From a virus (taxonomy: Duplodnaviria > Heunggongvirae > Uroviricota > Caudoviricetes): DNA of 42,000 nt. The DNA lies in the IMG/VR virus record IMGVR_UViG_2909262264_000004. One strand, given 5' to 3'. Below the pieces are notes generated by a model. The model did not search any database and was not told where the DNA came from. It was given only the letters and a program-made list of their open reading frames with translations. Made by a program: the position numbers and the translations under genes. Shown here piece after piece: positions 9,629 through 19,030 of this stretch (the stretch's first letter is position 1; the number at the start of each line of letters is the position of its first letter).

Positions 9629-9756
9629 AAGCATCTGCGCGAAAAATGCTCACGTTTATAGAAACAGTATCATTCCATTTGGCACACTTACTTCAATAAT
9701 CGATCTGTTAAACAAATAGATTGTCTATTATCTATCGATTAAAACGATCAATTATC

Positions 9757-9784
9757 TTGACAGTAATGTGCCTTTTTGTAAGAT
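9757..9784 (+). promoter_or_regulatory. Candidate sigma70 promoter with flanking operator-like inverted repeat
   Basis: ttgaca at 9757-9762, 16-nt spacer, taagat at 9779-9784. Imperfect inverted repeat ttatcttgaca (9752-9762) / gacaagataa (9801-9810) brackets it. Confidence 0.3.
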
Positions 9785-9992
9785 CGTTCGCATTGTGAGC
9801 GACAAGATAATTGCGCGGCATTGTCCATGCAAAACGCCCCAATAGCAGCAACTATTGGGGCGTAAAACTCGGTCGGACTCACTTAACCTGATATGCGTGC
9901 CTTCCGAAGTAAATCAAAATGTGCGTCGTATATTTTATTGCTTACACGCACCTCTGTAAAGGCACGCATATTTTTCCTATGAGGTAAATAAA

Positions 9993-10262
9993 GTGCGGGC
10001 TAAAACAGGTATTTGCAAGAACCCTCATCGTTATAACCCAACATTTCTGTCTCTCCCTGAATATCAAGGACAAGAAGGTCGGCACAAATGCGCTGCCTGT
10101 GCTTTTGAGCTAGGCATAAAAGATGCGCTTGAAGGACGCGCTATGGCTCAGAATGATTTAGTTTTAGCTAACATTCCGTTTAGCCAGGCTGGAACTGTAA
10201 GGCACAGAGATGCCTATGAAGCATATGTTCGTGGTTGGCGATTAATACACAGCAACAATTGA
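9993..10262 (+). CDS. Small Cys/His-containing protein of unknown function
   Basis: 89 aa, GTG start with gagg RBS; C-x3-H ... H-K-C-A-A-C arrangement. Last gene before the cos-like region. Confidence 0.45.
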   Translation: MRAKTGICKNPHRYNPTFLSLPEYQGQEGRHKCAACAFELGIKDALEGRAMAQNDLVLANIPFSQAGTVRHRDAYEAYVRGWRLIHSNN

Positions 10263-10272
10263 TACTTTTGAA

Positions 10273-10295
10273 GCGCCGATAAGGCGCTTTTTTTG
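10273..10295 (+). terminator. Intrinsic terminator
   Basis: gcgcc-gataa-ggcgc hairpin followed by TTTTTTT immediately after the 9993-10262 ORF. Confidence 0.6.
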
Positions 10296-10559
10296 TTTGC
10301 ACGATAGTGCACAAGTTTGCACAATTTTTTTGAACGACTTTTTGTACTTCCGGCCCGCGTGGTGGCTGGATCCGTCAAGGATCCGTACGTGCACAAAAAA
10401 ACGCGTTTTTTCTACGCGCAGGTGACGGGGGAACAGCCCGCGTTTCAGGGGGTAAATAGCATTCCCTGAGCGATGTCGCAGCGACACAACAGAATGGCCA
10501 TATTTCTCACGCTGAGCGTGAAAAAGATGTGAGGGCTTTTGATTTGATGGGGTGAAAGG

Positions 10560-10600
10560 TAAGGCCGTCAAAATCGCACTGAGGCGGCGAAGAACATGCA
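10560..10600. other. Candidate cos (cohesive-end) region
   Basis: gaggcggcgaagaaca lies about 160 bp from the portal gene end and resembles P2/186 cos (GGCG.GGCGGGGAAAGCA) as recalled. A second similar string is at about 10423-10437. Weak. Confidence 0.2.
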
Positions 10601-10749
10601 GTCAACGCGGTGGGATTGCGTAAGAGCCTGACCGTCGATGATGGCAAAAAGCTGGAAGGCGTCGTGAAATTATCTGACTGATACAGGAGCTGGAGAGCCG
10701 GGGCATAAATTTTTTATGCCCCGGCGAAGCAGCAGACAAGCGAAGCGCG

Positions 10750-11796
10750 TCAGGATGTGGGCTGGGTGTCCAGCAGTGCATAAGGGTTAAAGCGGATCAC
10801 CTCTTCGCCAAGCCAGTCATTGATGTGCTTCATGGCCTCCATGACGGGCATCAGCTCGTTAATTGCGTAAACCCGCGCGGCCTTCTCCACATCACCAAAC
10901 GCACTTTTTTCACCCGGCATCGCCCCCATCAGTTGCGGCGGGACACGGTGCGCAGCCAGCACATCATCACGGGATGCCGCCTTAACATTCATGAACTCAT
11001 CCTTTGCGGTGATCTGCTGGAACGGCAAAATTTGCACCCCCTCTTTGCCCCCGTTGGGCGCATGAATGAGCACGTTTTTAAACGCACCACCACCACGTGC
11101 ACCCTGTAACGTTTCTTTCAGGGAGTCCATGCTTTCGCGGTTTACCTGCGCTGCACCGATGTAGATGATGCACCCGGCGTGGGATCCGTTGTCGTAATAC
11201 AGTTTTCTGAACATGTCCGCCGAATGAGACAGGCTGGCCGAGAGTAATGCGCCGAGATATTCCGGCATGCCGTAGATTTCCTGGTTAATATCCGGATTCA
11301 TCAGGTGGCACACTTTGCCAGGGCGAAACTGGAACGCGTCCTTGCCATCCTGCACATACCACCATGATTCAAGATCGCTTCCGCGTCGCATGTATTTCGC
11401 CAGGGCGTGCCGTAATTTAAGCGGTTCACCGAGCATATTGCTTCGAAGCTCAAGGAATGCGTTACCGAACACAAACCAGTCCAGCGCCAGCGCCGAGAAA
11501 TCCTGCCGGGAAAGCAGCGGGTGCGGGATGTAGCAACCGAGTAATACATTGCGCTTAAAGTAAAGCGCAGACTGATGCCAGGACGTTTGCCGGGCCGCTC
11601 TTGCCAGACCGTACCAGTCCACCGGGGTTTCATACCACCGCCCGTTATCAGCACAGTACATATTGTCCAGCAGGTCATGCCCGGTCAGGCGATAAGGACC
11701 ATCAAATGTGAATGCACTGAGCGATGATTCTTTCCTGAGCGCATCAGCGAGATCAATGCGTGAACTCATGCGCACTTTTTTATTTTTTCTGCTCAT
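10750..11796 (-). CDS. Q: Portal protein (P2 gpQ family)
   Basis: 348 aa, close to P2 Q length; start overlaps the stop of the upstream P reading frame (ATGA), as in P2. Confidence 0.9.
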   Translation of the reverse strand: MSRKNKKVRMSSRIDLADALRKESSLSAFTFDGPYRLTGHDLLDNMYCADNGRWYETPVDWYGLARAARQTSWHQSALYFKRNVLLGCYIPHPLLSRQDFSALALDWFVFGNAFLELRSNMLGEPLKLRHALAKYMRRGSDLESWWYVQDGKDAFQFRPGKVCHLMNPDINQEIYGMPEYLGALLSASLSHSADMFRKLYYDNGSHAGCIIYIGAAQVNRESMDSLKETLQGARGGGAFKNVLIHAPNGGKEGVQILPFQQITAKDEFMNVKAASRDDVLAAHRVPPQLMGAMPGEKSAFGDVEKAARVYAINELMPVMEAMKHINDWLGEEVIRFNPYALLDTQPTS

Positions 11797-12415
11797 CAGA
11801 ACTCCATAACCGTGAAACGCTCGTTTTCTCCTTCGCCGCCAATTGGTTCGTTAATGACAGCAAGCATGGTCGCCCACGCAAGGTCGCCGTGGCTGATCCC
11901 CCTCGCGCGGTCCGTTTCGTAAGTGATAAAGCCGCCCGGTGTTTTCACCTTACGCACGGCGTTAAAGGCCGCGACCAGTTCGCGTTCGGCGCGATCGTAT
12001 TCCCACCGCCCGGCACGCATTATTTGCAGCATTTTCAGTACCAGCGACCGTTTTGATGACAGCGTGAAGGTGTACGGAATAGCAGCAGGGAAAAACCGTT
12101 TCACTATCTGATAAACAGCCTCCCCGTTCCCGCCCGTCACATCAATACCGATGTGTTCCACGTTGTAGCGACACGTGAACTCTTCAATGACTCTGGCCTG
12201 TTCTTCAAACTCCAGCCCCTGAACGCGTCGCGTCTCCACCGTTCGAAAACGGCCACCAGGAACAGCCGGAGGAACCACCACGGACACAGCGCCGCTGTCG
12301 CCGTTGCCACTGCTGCCGTTTGCGTCATACCCAATCCATACCGGACGATTTCCCATCGGGCGGGGAGCAAAAGGTTTCCAGTCTTTCCAGTCGTCGTATC
12401 CGTCAACGCCGCAGC
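11684..12415. repeat. 732-bp direct repeat, copy 1
   Basis: Identical to 15055-15786 over the stretches compared by eye. Covers the Q 5' end and the P 3' end. Confidence 0.9.
11796..12415 (-). pseudogene. Terminase large subunit fragment (C-terminal ~210 aa only)
   Basis: Identical to the C-terminus of the intact terminase at 15167-16918; the 5' part is replaced by the IS21-family element at 12416. Confidence 0.8.
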
Positions 12416-12617
12416 TGCAAAATGGCATCTAAATCGATCACGGTTTGGCATTCGAATCGATCATGATTTGGCATCCATCTCCGATCACAGTTTGGCATCA
12501 CAATCGATCACGATTTGGCATGCTTCCGATCATTGATTGGCATCCTGCCAGTCACTCCGGGAATTAACTCTTTTCACCACAGTCTTCATTGCCGTGTTTA
12601 AACCAGTGGAGACGGCA

Positions 12618-14183
12618 ATGTCCAGAAAGAGAAAATCCAGGAGCACTATGGAAACCTGTTTTAAGATCCTTCAGCTCAAGTTCGACCAGAAGCTGACTAA
12701 CCGTTGTATCGGACTGACGTTACACATCAGCGCCTCAACCGTTTTTGAGGTTCTTGCACGCTTCAAAGCCTCTTCTCTGTCATGGCCATTACCTGCTGAT
12801 ATATCCCATGACACGCTGGAGAAACTCATTTACCCGCCCAAAGACACCTCTGCGTCAGAGCTTGTTATGCCTGACATGCTGTACTTCGATACGGAAATGA
12901 GAAAACCGGGCGTGACGCGCCAGCTGTTGTGGATGGAATACAAGGCACAGGCGAGTGACAAAGCGATGGGATACTCGCACTTCTGCCGTTGCTACCGGGA
13001 GTGGAAAAAAACGCGACGCCTCTCCATGCGCCAGGAGCATCGTGCCGGCGAAAAGCTCTTTATCGACTTCTGCGGTCCTACGGTTCCTGTTATTAATCCG
13101 GACACCGGAGAGATACGCCGCGTGGCAATCTTCGTGGCCGTGATGGGGGCATCCAACTATACCTACGTTGAAGCGTGCGAAGGTCAGGACATGATGTCAT
13201 GGTTAAATGCCCACAGCCGTTGCCTGACCTTCCTGGGCGGCGTGCCGAAGCTGCTCATCCCCGATAATCTCAAAAGTGCAGTCAAAAAAGCCGATCGCTA
13301 TGAGCCTGTCATCAACGACAGTTATCAGGCGCTGGCTGAGCACTATGGCACGGTTATTATCCCGGCCCGCCCGCGCAAACCTAAAGATAAACCAAAAGCA
13401 GAAAACGGCGTCCTCATCGTCGAACGATGGCTTCTTGCCCGCATCCGTAATGAAACCTTCCACACGCTCAGGGCGCTGAATGCGCGCCTTCGGGAGTTAC
13501 TGACGGACATGAATAACCGGCCAATGAAGGGGTACGGCAATCAAACCCGTGCAGAACGCTTCCGCATGCTGGATGCGCCAGCACTCTCTCCGCTGCCTCT
13601 GGCACCTTATGAATACACGGAATACAAAGCCGTGAAGGTTGGCCCTGACTATCACGTTGAATATGCCCGTCACTGGTACTCCGTTCCACACGAACTGGTC
13701 GGTCAGCGTCTGTCACTGAAGGCGGGGCAGTCTGTGGTACAACTCTGGCACAAGGGGCAGTGTGTGGCGCAACATCCGCGCAGCACACATGAATATAAAC
13801 ACACAACCAATCCGCTTCACATGCCAGAGCGCCACCGGCAGCACGGGACATGGACACCGGAACGCCTGATCGAGCAGGGGAAACGTACGGGCCCGTCCAC
13901 AGGCCGGGTGGTTGAATCCATGCTGAAGGCAAAACCCCATCCGGAACTGGCTTATCGTGCAGTTCTGGGGCTGCTGGCACTTCAGAAAAAATACGGCCCG
14001 GAACGACTGGAAAAGGCCTGTTACGTTGCCCTGCACTATAACGCCCCTGACAGACGCTTTATCGACAATCTGCTGCGTCACCATCGGGAGAACCTGGAGC
14101 TTCCATTATCCCGCCAGGGCGAACAACATCCGACATATGCTTCAGAGCATGAAAACCTGCGTGGTCCGGGCTACTACCACTGA
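12618..14183 (+). CDS. istA: IS21-family transposase IstA
   Basis: ATG at 12618 with ggaga RBS; N-terminal HTH, central DDE region; upstream of and overlapping istB as in IS21-family elements. Confidence 0.85.
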   Translation: MSRKRKSRSTMETCFKILQLKFDQKLTNRCIGLTLHISASTVFEVLARFKASSLSWPLPADISHDTLEKLIYPPKDTSASELVMPDMLYFDTEMRKPGVTRQLLWMEYKAQASDKAMGYSHFCRCYREWKKTRRLSMRQEHRAGEKLFIDFCGPTVPVINPDTGEIRRVAIFVAVMGASNYTYVEACEGQDMMSWLNAHSRCLTFLGGVPKLLIPDNLKSAVKKADRYEPVINDSYQALAEHYGTVIIPARPRKPKDKPKAENGVLIVERWLLARIRNETFHTLRALNARLRELLTDMNNRPMKGYGNQTRAERFRMLDAPALSPLPLAPYEYTEYKAVKVGPDYHVEYARHWYSVPHELVGQRLSLKAGQSVVQLWHKGQCVAQHPRSTHEYKHTTNPLHMPERHRQHGTWTPERLIEQGKRTGPSTGRVVESMLKAKPHPELAYRAVLGLLALQKKYGPERLEKACYVALHYNAPDRRFIDNLLRHHRENLELPLSRQGEQHPTYASEHENLRGPGYYH

Positions 14184-14199
14184 CAGAAGGAACAACAGT

Positions 14200-14955
14200 A
14201 TGAGTGATAACCTGTTAAACAAACTGACCCAACTGAAACTCCCGGCGATGGCCGGGAGCCTGATACGGCAGCGGGAAACGCCTCAGACCTACGACGAACT
14301 GTCGTTCGAGGAAAGGCTGACGCTGCTGGTTGATGACGAGCTTCTGAGCAGGGAAAACAGCCGTGTGGCACGGTTGAGAAAAAATGCCGGCCTGAAATAC
14401 CAGGCAACACCGGAAGGGCTGCGCTATCCGGCCTCAAGAGGTCTGCGGGCTGAACAGATGAGAGAACTGCTGAACGGTCACTACATAACCCACAGGAAAA
14501 ACCTGCTGATAACCGGTCCGACAGGATGTGGCAAGAGCTGGATAGCCAATGCGCTGGGCGAACAGGCATGTCGACAGAAACACAGCGTCCGGTACTGTAG
14601 AACCGGGCGATTACTGGAACAGCTGGCTCAGGGACGTGTTGATGGCAGCTGGCTGAAATATCTGAAACAGTTGCAAAAAATACAGGTTCTAATCCTGGAC
14701 GATCTGGGGCTGGAACAGTTAAGTAACGCCCAGTGTAATGACCTTCTGGAGCTCATAGAGGATCGTTACGGACAAAGCAGCACGATAGTGGTAAGCCAGT
14801 TCCCGGTAGATAAATGGCATGGTCTGATGGAAAACCCAACAACAGCAGATGCCATCCTGGACAGACTGGTACATAACTCACACAGAGTGGTCCTTCAGGG
14901 AGAGTCCCTGAGGAAAAATCCCCCGACAGTGGAAAGCAGCGAAAAAACGAGTTAA
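14200..14955 (+). CDS. istB: IS21-family ATP-binding helper IstB
   Basis: 251 aa; Walker A GPTGCGKS and Walker B LILDDLG. Confidence 0.85.
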   Translation: MSDNLLNKLTQLKLPAMAGSLIRQRETPQTYDELSFEERLTLLVDDELLSRENSRVARLRKNAGLKYQATPEGLRYPASRGLRAEQMRELLNGHYITHRKNLLITGPTGCGKSWIANALGEQACRQKHSVRYCRTGRLLEQLAQGRVDGSWLKYLKQLQKIQVLILDDLGLEQLSNAQCNDLLELIEDRYGQSSTIVVSQFPVDKWHGLMENPTTADAILDRLVHNSHRVVLQGESLRKNPPTVESSEKTS

Positions 14956-15054
14956 AAAGCGATAGAAAAAGTTAAGTTCCCGGTTGATCGAATGTATGCG
15001 AATCGCTGATCGGACTTCGATGCCAATCCGTGATCGAATAGAGCGGAATACGCA

Positions 15055-15167
15055 GTCAGGCGATAAGGACCATCAAATGTGAATGCACTGAGCGATGATT
15101 CTTTCCTGAGCGCATCAGCGAGATCAATGCGTGAACTCATGCGCACTTTTTTATTTTTTCTGCTCAT
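15055..15167 (-). pseudogene. Portal gene 5' fragment (first 38 codons)
   Basis: Same N-terminus as the portal (MSRKNKKVRMSSRIDLADALRKESSLSAFTFDGPYRLT), then reads into IS-derived sequence (ORF 14952-15167). Confidence 0.7.
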
Positions 15168-15786
15168 CAGAACTCCATAACCGTGAAACGCTCGTTTTCT
15201 CCTTCGCCGCCAATTGGTTCGTTAATGACAGCAAGCATGGTCGCCCACGCAAGGTCGCCGTGGCTGATCCCCCTCGCGCGGTCCGTTTCGTAAGTGATAA
15301 AGCCGCCCGGTGTTTTCACCTTACGCACGGCGTTAAAGGCCGCGACCAGTTCGCGTTCGGCGCGATCGTATTCCCACCGCCCGGCACGCATTATTTGCAG
15401 CATTTTCAGTACCAGCGACCGTTTTGATGACAGCGTGAAGGTGTACGGAATAGCAGCAGGGAAAAACCGTTTCACTATCTGATAAACAGCCTCCCCGTTC
15501 CCGCCCGTCACATCAATACCGATGTGTTCCACGTTGTAGCGACACGTGAACTCTTCAATGACTCTGGCCTGTTCTTCAAACTCCAGCCCCTGAACGCGTC
15601 GCGTCTCCACCGTTCGAAAACGGCCACCAGGAACAGCCGGAGGAACCACCACGGACACAGCGCCGCTGTCGCCGTTGCCACTGCTGCCGTTTGCGTCATA
15701 CCCAATCCATACCGGACGATTTCCCATCGGGCGGGGAGCAAAAGGTTTCCAGTCTTTCCAGTCGTCGTATCCGTCAACGCCGCAGC
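15055..15786. repeat. 732-bp direct repeat, copy 2
   Basis: Duplicate of 11684-12415 immediately right of the IS. Confidence 0.9.
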
Positions 15787-16918
15787 CAATCAGGATATTC
15801 AGGTTAAATGCCGATTCCCCTTCGCGGACAAACTCACACATGTAGAGATTGAGGAACTCGTCTTCGGTGTTTTCATCGCGGATTTCGTCAATATCGGTGT
15901 GTTTCCAGCCGTGATTAACCACATCTTCCAGCGTGACAATCTGCCGCCATGTCCGGTCAGGGCAGATAAGTCCGTTATGCAGCGTTTTCCAGTCCACAGA
16001 AAAACGCTGGCGTTTATGCGTGGCCTTTTTCTCGTTCCAGCGGTCGCCGTTCCAGTAGGCGTATGCCTCGTGCGTTTCGGTGGATGGCGTGGAGAAGTAG
16101 GTGCGCCGCAGTCCGCTGAGGGTTGCCATAGCGCCAGCCACCTTGCGCAGTTCAGCAAAGCGACTGACCCAGAAAAATTCATCAAAATAAAAATTGCCCG
16201 TATAGGACTGTGCCGACGCAGCAGAAGTGCCGAGAAAATGCAGCTCTGCGCCGTTGGAGAGGATGATTTTATCGCCCCCTTTCAGCTCCACATCAACTTC
16301 AGCCGCGGCCTTCTGAATAATGCTTTTAAACTGGAACGCCTGACGACGCGACGCAGACAAAAAAATCTGGTTACGCTGGTAAGGTTGCGCCACATCGTCA
16401 CGCAGCGCCATCAGCAGCGCTTCCTGTGCAAAATACCAGGTCGCCCCAATCTGTCGGGATTTCAGGATCATCCTGTTACGTATCCCGGCTTCCCTGCAAA
16501 GGGTCAGGGAGTCAAACCAGCCCCGCTGATGCCACTCCAGCCTGCTGATGATTTTTTCCCGCAGTGCGGCAATCTGTTCCGGCGTGAAATGATTTTTGAG
16601 TTTTTTCGTCCGGCCTTTCTTTCCTGTGACCGTCGCATCCGGCTGGCCATCATGCAGTTTTTTAAGCTGCCGGGTCAGCAGGTCTATTTCCTTAAAGTCA
16701 CCGCCTGTTTTATTCTGTTTTTCAGTAAGCTGGATGAGGCGCGCATCGATGGACTGCGTGACACGCTGCACGGGTGGCGTTTCATCCCACTGGTCGCGTT
16801 TTTTCCACGCATAAATCGTGTTCGGGTTTATTCCCATCAGACGTGATATTTCTGCGGGCGGATAACCCTGCCAGTAAAGTTGCCGCGCACGCTGGCGCAC
16901 AAAAGCGTCCTGAATCAT
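15167..16918 (-). CDS. P: Terminase large (ATPase) subunit (P2 gpP family)
   Basis: 583 aa, close to P2 P length; intact; divergent from the O-N-M-L operon. Confidence 0.9.
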   Translation of the reverse strand: MIQDAFVRQRARQLYWQGYPPAEISRLMGINPNTIYAWKKRDQWDETPPVQRVTQSIDARLIQLTEKQNKTGGDFKEIDLLTRQLKKLHDGQPDATVTGKKGRTKKLKNHFTPEQIAALREKIISRLEWHQRGWFDSLTLCREAGIRNRMILKSRQIGATWYFAQEALLMALRDDVAQPYQRNQIFLSASRRQAFQFKSIIQKAAAEVDVELKGGDKIILSNGAELHFLGTSAASAQSYTGNFYFDEFFWVSRFAELRKVAGAMATLSGLRRTYFSTPSTETHEAYAYWNGDRWNEKKATHKRQRFSVDWKTLHNGLICPDRTWRQIVTLEDVVNHGWKHTDIDEIRDENTEDEFLNLYMCEFVREGESAFNLNILIGCGVDGYDDWKDWKPFAPRPMGNRPVWIGYDANGSSGNGDSGAVSVVVPPAVPGGRFRTVETRRVQGLEFEEQARVIEEFTCRYNVEHIGIDVTGGNGEAVYQIVKRFFPAAIPYTFTLSSKRSLVLKMLQIMRAGRWEYDRAERELVAAFNAVRKVKTPGGFITYETDRARGISHGDLAWATMLAVINEPIGGEGENERFTVMEF

Positions 16919-17072
16919 TGCTCCCCCTGAGTAATTACAGGAAGATTACCCGCGCGCGAAACCGTTCTCCTTAACCCCCTGTTCTGGCCGTTTTCTTACA
17001 ACAAAAGCCCTTTGTATCAGCCTGTTACGCTTTGCCATCATGACTGAAGAACCAGTCAGAGGGGCAAAAACT

Positions 17073-17909
17073 ATGGCTAATGAAAAAAAGACATCCCGCA
17101 AAAAGTTTCGCGTGGCTGTCTCCGGATCAACTGTTGATGGCCGTGAAATCAGTCCGGTGCATCTGCGTGAAGCCGCCGAGAACTTCAACCCGGATGTTTA
17201 CGCTGCCCGCGTGAACGTTGAGCACTATCTCTCGCCATGCCCGTCAAGCGAATTTTCCGCAATGGGCGATGTCATTGCACTGAGTACGGAAGACATTACG
17301 GAAGGTCCGCTGGCCGGACGTACTGCGCTGTATGCAGAAATCGAACCGACCGAGCGCATGAAGCAGCTTGTCGCGGACGGCAAGAAAATCTATTCCAGTA
17401 TCGAACTGCACCCGCAGTTCTCCGTTAACGGGCGCGCCTATCTGGTCGGGCTGGCGATGACCGACACCCCGGCAAGCCTGGGCACTGAGCGCCTGAAATT
17501 CACGGCACAGCAACGTCAGGCGGTAATGACGTTCAACAGTGTCCAGGGTGAAGCGCCGCTTATCTCCGAAGCCATCGAGTCTGAAATCATCGAAATGGCA
17601 GAACAACGCCAGGAAGAAGGCACCCAGTGGTTTAACCGCGTAATGGGGATTATTGGCCGTGGCCGCAAAGCGGATGACGCCAGTTTCTCCCGTATTCAGG
17701 AAGCGGTGGAAGGCGTCGCAACGTCACAGGCCGACATTATCGACCGTTTTAATGTGCTGGAAACCCGCCATCAGCAGGACCGCCAGAAAATCACGTCACT
17801 GACCACAGAGCTGGCAGCACTGAAGGAAAAACTGCGCACGCATGACGGCGATCCGCAGAACCGCTTCACCGCAACGGGCGCAGCCTCCGACCAGCTGGCT
17901 GACTTCTGA
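17073..17909 (+). CDS. O: Capsid scaffolding protein (P2 gpO family)
   Basis: ATG at 17073 with gagggg RBS; N-terminus MANEKKTSRKKFRVAVSGSTVDGREIS resembles P2 O. Confidence 0.85.
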   Translation: MANEKKTSRKKFRVAVSGSTVDGREISPVHLREAAENFNPDVYAARVNVEHYLSPCPSSEFSAMGDVIALSTEDITEGPLAGRTALYAEIEPTERMKQLVADGKKIYSSIELHPQFSVNGRAYLVGLAMTDTPASLGTERLKFTAQQRQAVMTFNSVQGEAPLISEAIESEIIEMAEQRQEEGTQWFNRVMGIIGRGRKADDASFSRIQEAVEGVATSQADIIDRFNVLETRHQQDRQKITSLTTELAALKEKLRTHDGDPQNRFTATGAASDQLADF

Positions 17910-17932
17910 TAAGACAAAGGAGCAAATTTTTT

Positions 17933-18985
17933 ATGAATCTGGTGATGTCAGATATTACCCGCAACAAGCTGGGTTGCTATATGGCGCAGCAGGCGTCGCT
18001 TAACAATATCCCGGTATCTGCACTGGTATCGCGATTTACCGTGGAACCCGCGGTGCAGCAGCGTTTTGAAAACGCCTCAAAGGAAAGTACCGAATTTACG
18101 AAAAGAATTAACGTGATCGGCGTGACCGACCAGAAAGGCGAAAAAATCCTCCTGGATACCACAGGACCGATTGCGCGCACGAATACCAGTTATGACGGAA
18201 CAAAACGCCGTAACCCGAATAACGTGGTTGATCTGAAAAACCGCAAATACCAGTGCGAACAGGTGAACTACGACACGTTTATTTCGTATCCGCAGCTTGA
18301 TGCCTGGTCGGCACACCCTGATTTTCAGTCCCGCATCAGCGCACAGATTGCCCGACAGGTGGCGCTTGACCGCATCATGATCGGTTTCAACGGCACGTCT
18401 CACGCGGATGAGTCCAACTTCAGCACCAACAAGCTGCTTCAGGACGTTAACGTGGGCTGGCTGGAGCACATCAGAACCGACGCCAGCGAACGCGTTATGA
18501 ATGACGTGACGCTGACCTCCCGCAACATGGACAACACCGTGGCGCACGCGGGTAAGTATGCGAACGCTGATGCACTGGTACAGGACGCGCGTTCATCCCT
18601 GCTGGATGAATGGCACAAGGAAGCTGACGACCTCGTGGTGATTATGGGGCGCAACCTGTTTAACTCGCTGCGTCTGCCCGTGCTGAACAGCATCAGCGGC
18701 CAGAATCCCAATGCGGAATTACTCGCCGGGCAGCTCATCCTGTCATCGCGCACCATTGGCGGGCTGGGCGTGTTCCTTGCGCCGTTCTTCCCGGATGCAA
18801 CGATGCTTATCACCTCGTTCAACAACCTGTCGATTTACTGGCAGAAAGGTTCAATGCGTCGCCTGATGAAAGACGAGCCGGAATACAACCGCATCGCCAC
18901 CTACCAGTCCATCAATGACGCTTATGTCGTTGAAGACTATGGCAAGTGCGCGATGGTCACTGGCCTGAAGTTCGCCGACAGCTAA
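17933..18985 (+). CDS. N: Major capsid protein (P2 gpN family)
   Basis: 350 aa; aaggag RBS; FTVEP..., MIGFNGT and VEDYG blocks as in P2 N. Confidence 0.9.
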   Translation: MNLVMSDITRNKLGCYMAQQASLNNIPVSALVSRFTVEPAVQQRFENASKESTEFTKRINVIGVTDQKGEKILLDTTGPIARTNTSYDGTKRRNPNNVVDLKNRKYQCEQVNYDTFISYPQLDAWSAHPDFQSRISAQIARQVALDRIMIGFNGTSHADESNFSTNKLLQDVNVGWLEHIRTDASERVMNDVTLTSRNMDNTVAHAGKYANADALVQDARSSLLDEWHKEADDLVVIMGRNLFNSLRLPVLNSISGQNPNAELLAGQLILSSRTIGGLGVFLAPFFPDATMLITSFNNLSIYWQKGSMRRLMKDEPEYNRIATYQSINDAYVVEDYGKCAMVTGLKFADS

Positions 18986-19030
18986 TCAACTCACGGCGGG
19001 CATCATGCCCGCCTGTAACGGAGAGAAAAA

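Larger units (their letters stand above)
12416..15054 (+). mobile_element. IS21-family insertion sequence
   Basis: 2639 bp; ends 5'-TG ... CA-3' with imperfect terminal inverted repeats (tgc..tcgatcacgg) and repeated atcgatcacggtttggcat motifs at the left end; carries istA and istB. Confidence 0.8.

Noticed and set aside
9850-9992. Possible LexA box upstream of the 89-aa ORF (by analogy with 186 tum)
   Set aside because: Looked for CTGT-N8-ACAG; none present. The inverted repeats here have a different sequence, so SOS control is not claimed.
13468-13980. 170-aa minus-strand ORF
   Set aside because: Antisense to istA.
15524-16846. 440-aa plus-strand ORF (and its partial copy at 12153-12536)
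   Set aside because: Lies entirely antisense to the terminase gene and within the duplicated segment; low-complexity translation.
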